The translations under genes and the position numbers were made by a program. Positions 37,620 to 46,336 of a DNA stretch of 57,894 bases are shown piece by piece (within the stretch, counting starts at the first letter, position 1; each line of letters starts with the position of its first letter). Origin of the DNA: Coriobacteriia bacterium (GTDB lineage: Bacteria; Actinomycetota; Coriobacteriia; Coriobacteriales; Eggerthellaceae); assembly GCA_030540225.1 (NCBI GenBank), contig JAUNWQ010000002.1, positions 1 to 57,894 of the forward strand. Direction: 5' to 3'. The notes below the pieces were generated by a model that did no database searches, had not been told where the DNA came from, and was given only the letters and a program-made list of their open reading frames with translations.

Positions 37620-38252
37620 TTATACGTTCTTCAGCAGGATGGTGCTCATGCAGTCGGCGGCGTGCTCGGTCGCGTCCGCGCAGTTCTCCATATGCTCGAA
37701 GATGCGCGACCACACCATCACGCGCATGGTGTTCTCGCAGTCAGTGGTGTGCAAATCGCGGATGACGTGCATCAACAGCTGGTCGGCCTCTTCCTCGTAG
37801 GTGTTCACCTCGATGATGAGCGACTTGAACTTCTTGGACTTCTTGAAGTTGCGGAAGTCCTCCATGGCTTTGTTGAGCGCCTTGCATTCCTTCTTCAGAA
37901 GCTGCGCGAACTCGAGCGCATCCTTGTGCATGATATGCACGTCGTACATGTAGAAGCGCTGGATGACCTCTTCAAGCTCGTCGATGATCGTATCGAGCGC
38001 CTGAGCGAGGCCGATGATGTCCTCGCGGTCGATTGGCGTGATGAAATCGGTCGCCACGTTGCGGAAGATGTCGTGGTTGATGTCGTCGCCTTTGTGCTCG
38101 ATGGCGTGCGCCTTCTCCATCGTTTCCTTGAGCGCATCGGCTGTGGTGAATTCCTCGATGGCCTTGATGAGCAGGTCCGCCTCATCGACCGCAAGCTCCG
38201 AGAGGTCCTCGAACGCGCTGAAATAGTCGTACTTATGGTGCCTCTTGCCCAT
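37620..38252 (-). CDS. DUF47 family phosphate-transport regulator (PhoU-like, Pit accessory)
   Basis: IEHKGD, FITPIDREDI..L...LD, EEEAD, MENCAD. AAGGAG RBS. Confidence 0.9.
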   Translation of the reverse strand: MGKRHHKYDYFSAFEDLSELAVDEADLLIKAIEEFTTADALKETMEKAHAIEHKGDDINHDIFRNVATDFITPIDREDIIGLAQALDTIIDELEEVIQRFYMYDVHIMHKDALEFAQLLKKECKALNKAMEDFRNFKKSKKFKSLIIEVNTYEEEADQLLMHVIRDLHTTDCENTMRVMVWSRIFEHMENCADATEHAADCMSTILLKNV

Positions 38253-38429
38253 TCATCGACTCCTTTTCGCTAAGCGAATTGACCAGAAGAACGCGAGCCT
38301 CGGGAAGGGGTCGCGCTGACGCTCAAACGCCCAGAGTTTAACGTGTTCTTTACTTAGTTCTCAACGCGATTCGCCCGAATTGCCGCAGACGACATCAGAA
38401 AGCCCCGCAGCGGCGTAATCAGCAGACTC

Positions 38430-39092
38430 TTACGCCCACTGCGCGAAGGTGCGGCTCCGCTCGGCACCGATGGTGGTCTGCCTGCCGTGCCCGGGAAGGA
38501 CGATCGTCTCGTCGGGCAGAAACGCCAGCTTGCGAAGCGATGCGCGCATCTCCTTCATGCTGCCGCCCTCGAAATCGGTGCGCCCCACAGACCCTTCGAA
38601 CAGCGTGTCGCCCGAAATAAGGACGGGTGCGCCGTCTTCGTGGTTGCCGAACTGCGGCACGAGGTACCAGCACATGCCACCCTTGGTATGACCAGGGGTT
38701 AGCATCACTTTCCACGCCATATTGCCGATCTCCACGACGTCGCCGTCCTCGGCGCGGAAATCGATCGGGCAGGTCTTGAACTTCCAGTTGTCTCGGGAGA
38801 GGGGCTTCTCCCCGCAGATTTCAGGGGCGTCGATCTTCGACGCGATCACCGTCGCGCCCGTCAGACGACGCAAGTCGGCCGCTGCGCCCACGTGGTCGGA
38901 ATGGCAGTGCGTCAGCACGATCGCGTCAAGCTCGCGCCCGCCGAGCGCGCGCACGATCTCCTCCGCGTCCGACGACGGGTCGACCACCATCGTCGCCTCG
39001 CCGTCCGAAATGAAGTACACGTTGTTCTCGAGTATTCCCTGCACGAGAAAGCACACGTCAACGCACGTTTTTTTCACCACTCGAAGAGACAT
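38430..39092 (-). CDS. MBL-fold hydrolase (glyoxalase II / YcbL-like)
   Basis: LTHCHSDHVG, TPGHTKG, SGDTLF..SVGRTDF, LPGHG..TTIG.E. Confidence 0.9.
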   Translation of the reverse strand: MSLRVVKKTCVDVCFLVQGILENNVYFISDGEATMVVDPSSDAEEIVRALGGRELDAIVLTHCHSDHVGAAADLRRLTGATVIASKIDAPEICGEKPLSRDNWKFKTCPIDFRAEDGDVVEIGNMAWKVMLTPGHTKGGMCWYLVPQFGNHEDGAPVLISGDTLFEGSVGRTDFEGGSMKEMRASLRKLAFLPDETIVLPGHGRQTTIGAERSRTFAQWA

Positions 39093-39173
39093 TGCCACAA
39101 CCTTTCGATACAAGCGGTCCGCCTGCCAGCCTCGGCGAGGAATGCACCCGCCGCGCCCGCGGACGAACGACCG

Positions 39174-41591
39174 TTACTTCTTCTTCCCCCCTTGCCCGGG
39201 AAGCATGCGATGAGCGTCGAACACGCCCTCGAGCCCGAGCAGCTTGCGTTGCACCGCGTCGATGAGCGAGATATCCGACACCTGGAACAAAAAGCGCATC
39301 TCGACCATGCCGTCGCGGTGCGAGATGGTATTGCAGGACAGCACGTTCGCGCCCATGTCGGAGAGGACCACCGTGACGTCGCGCAACAGGTTCAAGCGGT
39401 CGATCGCCTCGATGTAGATCTCCACCTTGTAGGACGTGCTCGACGGCGCAGATTTCTCCCACTCCACCTCGATGATGCGCTCGGGGTGCTTCATGAGCTC
39501 CTCGGCGTTCGGGCAATCGGCGCGATGCACCGACACACCGCGGCCGCGCGTCACGAAGCCCAAGATCTTGTCGCCCGGCACCGGGTTGCAACAGCGCGAC
39601 AGGCGCACGAGCACATCGTCGACGCCCTTCACGACGATGCCGTTCGAACTGTGCGCTTCGCGGCGCTTCGGCGAGACCACGCTCGTGATCATGGGAGGCA
39701 TGACACCGGGGCTTGTCTCGGACTGCCCAAGCGCGCCGGCCCGCGATTCTTCGTTCCCGTCGTCGACGAGCAGCTTTAACAGGCGGTTGCCCACATGTTG
39801 CGGGCTTTCCTTCCCCGTGCCGATGTTGACGAGCATGTCATCAGGGCTTTTGTAGCCCATATGCTCGGCGATCGTCTTGATCGCGCGCATCGAGTTGGCG
39901 CTCGAAATGCCGATGCCGTGCTTCTTCATCTCGCGCGTCAGGCGGTCGCGGCCTATCTGCAGGTCGTCGGAGCGGCTCGCCTTGCTGAAGAACCCGCGGA
40001 TCTTATTGCGCGCCGAGGGCGTCTTCACGATGTTCAGCCAGTCGCGTGAAGGCGTGGCGCTCTTCTGCGTGAGGATTTCCACGCGGTCGCCCAGCTGCAG
40101 CTCGTAGGTCAGCGGCACGATAGCGCCGTTCACCTTCGCGCCCACGCAGTGGTTGCCCACCTCGGTGTGGATGGCGTAGGCGAAATCTACCGGCGTGGAG
40201 CCCGCCCGCAAGCTCATGACCTCGCCCTTCGGGGTGAACACGAACACCTCGGTCGGCGCTAGGTCGACCTTTAAGTCCTTCAGAAACTCGCGCGAGTCCT
40301 GCGTTTCGTCCTGCCAGTCGACCATCTGACGCAACCATGCCAGCTGCTGATCGAGCGCGGCGTCGGCCTTCTCGCCCTTCTCCTTGTAACGCCAGTGCGC
40401 CGCCACGCCGTATTCGCTTTGGCGATGCATCTCCTCGGTGCGAATCTGCACCTCAAGCGGCCTGCCAGCTGGGCCGATGACCGTGGTGTGCAGGCTTTGG
40501 TACATGTTGAACTTCGGCATGGCGATGTAGTCTTTGAATCGCCCGGGCATCGGGTGCCACAGCGTGTGCACCGCGCCCAGCGCCGAGTAGCAATCCTTCA
40601 CCGACTTCACGATGATGCGCACGGCGATGAGGTCGTAGATCTCGGAGAAGCCTTTGCCCTTGTTCACCATCTTCTGGTAGATGGAATACAAATGCTTCGG
40701 GCGGCCCATGATCTGGCAGACGATATTGACCTTCTTCATCTCGTCGTGCAGCGTGTCGATCACTTCGCCCAAGTACTGCTCTCGCTCGGCGCGCGACTCG
40801 GTGACCATGCGGCTGACCTGCTTGTACTTGTTGGGTTCGAGGTAGTAGAAGGAAAGGTCCTCAAGCTCCCACTTCACCGAGTTGATGCCCAGGCGGTGCG
40901 CGATGGGGGCGTAGATCTCGAGCGTCTCGCGCGCCTTGAAGATGCGACGGTCCTCCTTGAGCGCCGAGAGCGTGCGCATGTTGTGCAGACGGTCTGCCAG
41001 CTTGATCACGATGACGCGGATGTCTTTGCTCATGGCGACGAACATCTTGCGGATGGTGGCCGCCTGCTTGTCCGACAGGCTTTCCACCTCGATGCGCGTG
41101 ATCTTGGTAACACCGTCGACGAGCGCGGCCACGTTCTCGTTGAACTCGGTTGCCACGTCCTGATAGGTGACGTCGGTGTCCTCGATCGTGTCGTGCAGAA
41201 GCGCGGCGCACAGCGTCTCTCCGTCCATGCGCAAGTCCGCCAGGATGATGGCGACCTCGACCGGATGGATGATATAGGGCTCGCCCGATTTGCGCGTGAC
41301 GCCCTTGTGCGCCGCGTCGGCGAAGCGGAACGCGCGCTCGAGCATATCGCGCTCGTCGTCGGTCAGGTAGCCGTCAGTCAGGCGCTGCAGCTCGACGAAG
41401 CGCTCTTCCGGGGTTTCCGTCGAGTGAAGCTCCCCCACCTCGGTGGGACGAGGCGCCACCGAAAACGATTTCTCGGGCGTGTACGCGCGCCCGAGCATGA
41501 CATCATCAACCGTCTGCTTTTCGGAAGACGACTTGAGCGACTCGCCGAGCATTATCTCGTCATCACCGCCATTGCGGCCGTTGGTGCTCAT
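39174..41591 (-). CDS. rel: Bifunctional (p)ppGpp synthetase/hydrolase
   Basis: RKSGEPYIIHP, LLHDTIED (HD), GRPKHLYSI, YQSLHTTV, EVQIRT, TGS domain, CCNPVPGD, ACT domain. Confidence 0.96.
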   Translation of the reverse strand: MSTNGRNGGDDEIMLGESLKSSSEKQTVDDVMLGRAYTPEKSFSVAPRPTEVGELHSTETPEERFVELQRLTDGYLTDDERDMLERAFRFADAAHKGVTRKSGEPYIIHPVEVAIILADLRMDGETLCAALLHDTIEDTDVTYQDVATEFNENVAALVDGVTKITRIEVESLSDKQAATIRKMFVAMSKDIRVIVIKLADRLHNMRTLSALKEDRRIFKARETLEIYAPIAHRLGINSVKWELEDLSFYYLEPNKYKQVSRMVTESRAEREQYLGEVIDTLHDEMKKVNIVCQIMGRPKHLYSIYQKMVNKGKGFSEIYDLIAVRIIVKSVKDCYSALGAVHTLWHPMPGRFKDYIAMPKFNMYQSLHTTVIGPAGRPLEVQIRTEEMHRQSEYGVAAHWRYKEKGEKADAALDQQLAWLRQMVDWQDETQDSREFLKDLKVDLAPTEVFVFTPKGEVMSLRAGSTPVDFAYAIHTEVGNHCVGAKVNGAIVPLTYELQLGDRVEILTQKSATPSRDWLNIVKTPSARNKIRGFFSKASRSDDLQIGRDRLTREMKKHGIGISSANSMRAIKTIAEHMGYKSPDDMLVNIGTGKESPQHVGNRLLKLLVDDGNEESRAGALGQSETSPGVMPPMITSVVSPKRREAHSSNGIVVKGVDDVLVRLSRCCNPVPGDKILGFVTRGRGVSVHRADCPNAEELMKHPERIIEVEWEKSAPSSTSYKVEIYIEAIDRLNLLRDVTVVLSDMGANVLSCNTISHRDGMVEMRFLFQVSDISLIDAVQRKLLGLEGVFDAHRMLPGQGGKKK

Positions 41592-41686
41592 GTCAGTCCT
41601 CCTTTCCCTTGAAACTAAATCGTAGTGATTTCATTCTACTCGATTCGTCAAAGGGAAAAGAGACGCTTACGCAAACGCACGCATCG

Positions 41687-44600
41687 CTACCGCAGATGCA
41701 GAGGCTTCATCTGCGGGGTGATGGGCCCGGACACACGCTGCTCAAGGCGCGCGCAGTCGCAGTCGATCACCCACTCGTAGAAGGCCTTGAAGATGTCGCG
41801 CTCGCCTAATCCCTCGCGATAGCGCACGCTGTCGGTCAGCTCCACACGCCCGGCGCCTTCCTTCACGCGCACCATACGCGCACCCTCGCCCGACGCGTAG
41901 GCTACATGTGTCTCGATAAGTCCCAGCTCGCGGAAGACCGCAATGCCGCACGCCGCCGACGCCGCCGTGATCTCGCAGCCCGCGCCGCTCACGATGTGCG
42001 CGAGTTCGACATCGGCCATCTCGAAGAACTCGCCGGGCGTCTTGCGCTGCCACGCTCGCAGCGTGCGGTACACCTCGGCAAGCACATCGTGATCGGGCGT
42101 CATGTCCTGCAAGATGCGGTCGTTGTGCTTCACGTCCGAACGTCCGAACAGCAGATGCACGCGCGCATCCTTGCCGTCGCGCCCCGCACGACCGCTCATC
42201 TGGTTGAACTCGATCTCGTTGTATGGCAGCTGGAAGAGCACGACGTTGCGGATGTCGGGGATGTCCACGCCCTCGCCGAACGCCGACGTGGCCACGAGCA
42301 CCGCGATCGCACCCGTGCGGAACAGCTCCTCGACACACGTACGCTCAGCGCGCGAAAGGCCCGCGTTGTAGAAGCCGATGAGCGGTGCCATCTGCGGCAC
42401 GCGTTTGCGCAGGTTGCGGGCGAGCGCCACCGACTGCTCGCGCGAGGACACGTAGATGACGCTCTTCTCGCCCTGCGCGACGAGCGTCGCCAGGTAGTCG
42501 CCGCGATTGCGCAGGTTACGCTGGTCGACCACGTGGAGGTTCGTGCGCATGGTGTCGTCCACCACGTGCCCCGCCACGGGAAGCACACGATCGATGTCGC
42601 TGGTGACAGCCTCGTCCGAAGTTGCCGTAAGCGCGAGCACAACCGGGTTGCCCATCTGCGCGATAGCGCTTCCGAGCTGCGCATATGCGGGGCGATGGCC
42701 CGCGCGCGATAGACCGATGTGGTGAGCCTCGTCAACCACGACGAAGCCGATGCGGCCGGTAGCCGCGAACTCGGGAGCGTGGCACACAAGGAACTCCGGC
42801 GTTGTGAGCACGATGTCGACCGAGCCGTCCTCCAAGCCCGCAAAAACCTGACGGCGTTCGTCGGGCGCGCTTTCCCCCGTGAGCGTACACGCGTTGATCC
42901 CGAAGGGCGCGAGCGCTTCGTTGATGTGAAACGCCTGGTCAGCGATGAGCGCACGCAACGGGTAGACGAACAGGCTCGCCGTATGGTGCGCGAGCGCCTC
43001 GCATGCCGCATGCACTTGGAAGGTGAGCGACTTGCCGCGCCCCGTCGCCATGACGGCAAGCACAGAGTTCCCAGCGCGAAGGCTCGAGAGCACCACGCGC
43101 TGCGATTTGTGCAGCTCGCGGTCGCCGATGATCGCCCGCACCACCGCGTTCTCGAGCGCGTCGGGGTCGCTTTGCGCCTTCTGTTCCCATAGCGCGCGGT
43201 TCTTCTCGCGCTCCGCCTCGTAGGCCTCGATGTCCTCGGGGCTCTCGCAGCAGTCCTCGCAAAGCTCCGCGTCGCTCGTGGCGTACAGGTCGGCCGCGAA
43301 CGACAGGTTCTCCGGTTCGAGGCACGCCTCGAGCGCAGGGCACGTGCGAGCAGGCGTGATGGACTGAAGCATTGCCTTCACCGACTTGCGCCCGCGCCAG
43401 GTGTCGATTTCCACCTGGAACGCCGCGTTCACCACGCTGTCGGTCGTCATGAGCATGTCGATGTCGGTGCAGTGGAACATGATGCCCGAAATCGACGTGC
43501 GGCCGTTCGTGAGCGTGCACGAGAAGTGGTTCTTCTCGGCGCCGACCGCGCGGCAATGGGTGAGCAGCACGTCACGCGCGAGGAAGCACGGCGTCGGGTT
43601 CTCCTGGCCGAAGGGGGCGACTTGCTTCAGTGCGCCCACCGTTTCGAGCGTGAGCTCATCGAGGTTGATGCACGTGTCGATCTCGATGAGCGGGTGGAAG
43701 TCGTCCTCGGGCAGCTTGTCGAGGTAGTCGCAGAGCGCCTTCGAAAACGCGGGGATGTCCTTCGTCTTGAGCGTGATACCCACCGCCGCCTCGTGTCCGC
43801 CAAAGCGAACAAGCAGGTCAGACGTCGATTCGACCGCGGCGAACAGGTTCACGCGCCCCACGCTTCGGCCCGAGCCGCGCGCCTCGTCGCCGTCGATGGT
43901 CAAAAGGATGCACGGCACGCCGTAGATGCCGACCAGGCGGCTTGCGACGATGCCCTTCACGCCCTCGTGCCACCCCTCGCCCGCAACGACGAGCGCGCGC
44001 TGGCCGTGGTAGATTTCCGCGGCCTGGACCTTCGCGATCTCGGAGAGCTCCGCCTCGATCGCGCGGCGCTGGTCGTTGAGCCCTTCGAGCTCGGTTGCCA
44101 AGCGGTACGCCTCGTCGAAGTCGTCGGACATGAGCAGGTTGAGCGCCAGATCGGCGTTGCCCATGCGCCCTGCGGCGTTGAGGCGCGGAATGAGCGAGAA
44201 GCTGAGGTTCGTGCTGGTGAGAGGCTTGCCGACCGCCCCCGAGGTTTCAAGCAGCGCGGCGATGCACGGACGCGGCGCCTTGTTCATCATCTTGATGCCC
44301 TCGATCACGAGCGGGCGGTTCTCGCCAAGCATCGGCATGAGGTCGGCAACTGTGCCAAGTGTCGCGAAGTCAACGAAATCGCGCCAAAGGTAGGGCTTGC
44401 CGAAGCGAGCGCCAAGCGCCTGAACGAGCTTCAGCGCAACGCCCGCACCGGCGAGCACGCAGCTTGAGCACGTGGCGTCGACCTTCGGGTCGGCGACGGG
44501 CACGCCCTCGGGAACCAGGTCCGTGGGCTCGTGGTGATCGGTGATCGCGACGTCGATTCCTGCCGCCTGCACGAGCTTCACTTCGGCCTTGCAGGCGATA

Positions 44601-45034
44601 CCGCAGTCGACCGTCACGAGAAAATCGGGGCCGTAGGTCTTCGCGCGATCGAGCGCCGCCGCCGTGATACCGTAGCCCTCCTCGAAGCGCTTCGGGATGA
44701 ACGGCACCGTGTCGGCCCCAAGTTCCCGCAGGCCACGGGTGAGCACCGTCGTCGCGGATATGCCATCGAGGTCGAAGTCGCCGAACACGAGGATGCGGCG
44801 GCCCTTCCGAACAGCGTCCTCGAGCGCGTCGACGACGCCGCCGAGCCCGGGAATCAGGTAGGGGTCGAGCCAATCGTGCTTGAACGAGGGAAACAGGAAC
44901 GCGCGGGCCGCCTTCGGAGTGTCGATTCCGCGGCCGACAAGCGTTGCCGCGACGAAACGGGGCAGGTCAAGTTCACGCTGGAGCACCGACACCATGCGAC
45001 TCGACGCACGGCGAATGTTGAACTGAGCTGACAT
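41687..45034 (-). CDS. recJ: ssDNA exonuclease RecJ fused to a RecQ-like SF2 helicase
   Basis: GDFDLDG, TVDCG, TDHH, PRLNAAGR, GGH (RecJ), then ATGRGKS, DEAHH, LTAT, ATSAFGEGVD, QMSGRAGRDG (helicase). Confidence 0.93.
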   Translation of the reverse strand: MSAQFNIRRASSRMVSVLQRELDLPRFVAATLVGRGIDTPKAARAFLFPSFKHDWLDPYLIPGLGGVVDALEDAVRKGRRILVFGDFDLDGISATTVLTRGLRELGADTVPFIPKRFEEGYGITAAALDRAKTYGPDFLVTVDCGIACKAEVKLVQAAGIDVAITDHHEPTDLVPEGVPVADPKVDATCSSCVLAGAGVALKLVQALGARFGKPYLWRDFVDFATLGTVADLMPMLGENRPLVIEGIKMMNKAPRPCIAALLETSGAVGKPLTSTNLSFSLIPRLNAAGRMGNADLALNLLMSDDFDEAYRLATELEGLNDQRRAIEAELSEIAKVQAAEIYHGQRALVVAGEGWHEGVKGIVASRLVGIYGVPCILLTIDGDEARGSGRSVGRVNLFAAVESTSDLLVRFGGHEAAVGITLKTKDIPAFSKALCDYLDKLPEDDFHPLIEIDTCINLDELTLETVGALKQVAPFGQENPTPCFLARDVLLTHCRAVGAEKNHFSCTLTNGRTSISGIMFHCTDIDMLMTTDSVVNAAFQVEIDTWRGRKSVKAMLQSITPARTCPALEACLEPENLSFAADLYATSDAELCEDCCESPEDIEAYEAEREKNRALWEQKAQSDPDALENAVVRAIIGDRELHKSQRVVLSSLRAGNSVLAVMATGRGKSLTFQVHAACEALAHHTASLFVYPLRALIADQAFHINEALAPFGINACTLTGESAPDERRQVFAGLEDGSVDIVLTTPEFLVCHAPEFAATGRIGFVVVDEAHHIGLSRAGHRPAYAQLGSAIAQMGNPVVLALTATSDEAVTSDIDRVLPVAGHVVDDTMRTNLHVVDQRNLRNRGDYLATLVAQGEKSVIYVSSREQSVALARNLRKRVPQMAPLIGFYNAGLSRAERTCVEELFRTGAIAVLVATSAFGEGVDIPDIRNVVLFQLPYNEIEFNQMSGRAGRDGKDARVHLLFGRSDVKHNDRILQDMTPDHDVLAEVYRTLRAWQRKTPGEFFEMADVELAHIVSGAGCEITAASAACGIAVFRELGLIETHVAYASGEGARMVRVKEGAGRVELTDSVRYREGLGERDIFKAFYEWVIDCDCARLEQRVSGPITPQMKPLHLR

Positions 45035-45190
45035 GGAAATCTACCTCTAAACATGCATCGCTATCTTTTCTCGCTGCGTATTTTCCCACAATCGCCGCAT
45101 GGTGTCACAGCTCACTTCGACCTTGCGGGGCAGACGGCCGACAAGCCGCCCGCGCGAACCTGCCATTTGGCCCCCGAATACGGAGTCTAA

Positions 45191-45251
45191 GCAGAGCGAG
45201 AGTAAAGGACGCGTAAAGATTTCCCCATCGCCCGAGACGCTACGTTAGGAT
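45191..45251 (+). promoter_or_regulatory. PHO-box-like 11-bp direct repeats and -10 box upstream of ppx
   Basis: GCAGAG, GTAAAG, GTAAAG at 45191, 45202 and 45213; TAGGAT at 45246. Confidence 0.5.
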
Positions 45252-45287
45252 GGAGGAAAACTGAGCTTAACAGGAGCGGATAGCACT

Positions 45288-46250
45288 ATGGCAAATTACG
45301 GCGTGATCGACCTGGGGTCGAACTCAGTGCGCCTCGTCATCTTCGACGTGAAGGACGGCATAAACAAAAAGAAGCCCATCACCTGCAAGGACTTCCGAAG
45401 CATCATCAACGACAAGGTAATGGCGGGGCTTTCGGCCTACGTCGAGGCGGGCGAATTTACTCAGGAGGGCATCGCCCGCGCGGTCGACGTGCTCTCCGGG
45501 CACCTGAAACGAGCGCGCTACTTCAACTGCGTGCGCACCGACATCTTCGCAACCGCCGTGCTGCGCAACTGCACGAACTCCCGCGAGGCCATCAGTGCAA
45601 TCGAGAAGGCAATCGGCGCGCCCGTGAACCTGCTTTCCGCCCGCGACGAGGCGCATCTCAGCTTCACCGGGGCCTCGTGCGATCGCACGATTGAGAAGGG
45701 CACCGTGGTCGATTTGGGCGGCGGGTCAACCGAACTCATCCGTGTCGAGGAAGGGCGCGACTTCGACGACGTGAGCATCGGGCAGGGATCGCTTTCCTCC
45801 TACGCGGGATACGTGGAGTTCGTCATGCCCCGGGCAGACGAGGTCGGCGCAATCGAGAGCGCGTTCCTCGATCAAGTTGCAAAAACACCTGTTGACCTCA
45901 AGAAGTACCGTGCAGAGGCGCTCTATGGCGTCGGAGGAAGCGCTCGCGCCGCCGCAAAGCTCTACGCCCAGATGACCGGCGAGTCCTGCCGGCCGAAAAC
46001 CCTCACGCCCGAGCACTTCGATGCACTGCTCGATCTTCTAGAGAACAACCCGTCGAAATTCGCCCACCTTGCAGCGCGGGCCGTTCCCGAGCGCATCCAC
46101 ACGGTCGGGCCCGGTTGCGTCATCCTCAGCACGCTCATGCAAAAGCTCGATGCCCGCAAGCTGGAAATATGCAAGCGCGGCGTGCGCGAAGGCTATCTCA
46201 TCGAGCGCATGCTGGGCAATGCGCCTTGCTCGAGGGTAAAGGCTCAGTAA
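45288..46250 (+). CDS. ppx: Ppx/GppA family exopolyphosphatase
   Basis: IDLGSNSVRL, ATAVLR, EA, DLGGGSTE, GVREG. Confidence 0.9.
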   Translation: MANYGVIDLGSNSVRLVIFDVKDGINKKKPITCKDFRSIINDKVMAGLSAYVEAGEFTQEGIARAVDVLSGHLKRARYFNCVRTDIFATAVLRNCTNSREAISAIEKAIGAPVNLLSARDEAHLSFTGASCDRTIEKGTVVDLGGGSTELIRVEEGRDFDDVSIGQGSLSSYAGYVEFVMPRADEVGAIESAFLDQVAKTPVDLKKYRAEALYGVGGSARAAAKLYAQMTGESCRPKTLTPEHFDALLDLLENNPSKFAHLAARAVPERIHTVGPGCVILSTLMQKLDARKLEICKRGVREGYLIERMLGNAPCSRVKAQ

Positions 46251-46336
46251 CGCTTTCAGCTCATCGTTCCACGACGCGTTATCATGAAAGGTAGCGCCAA
46301 GAACGCGTCATCATGCACATCAAGGAGGCTCTCTGC

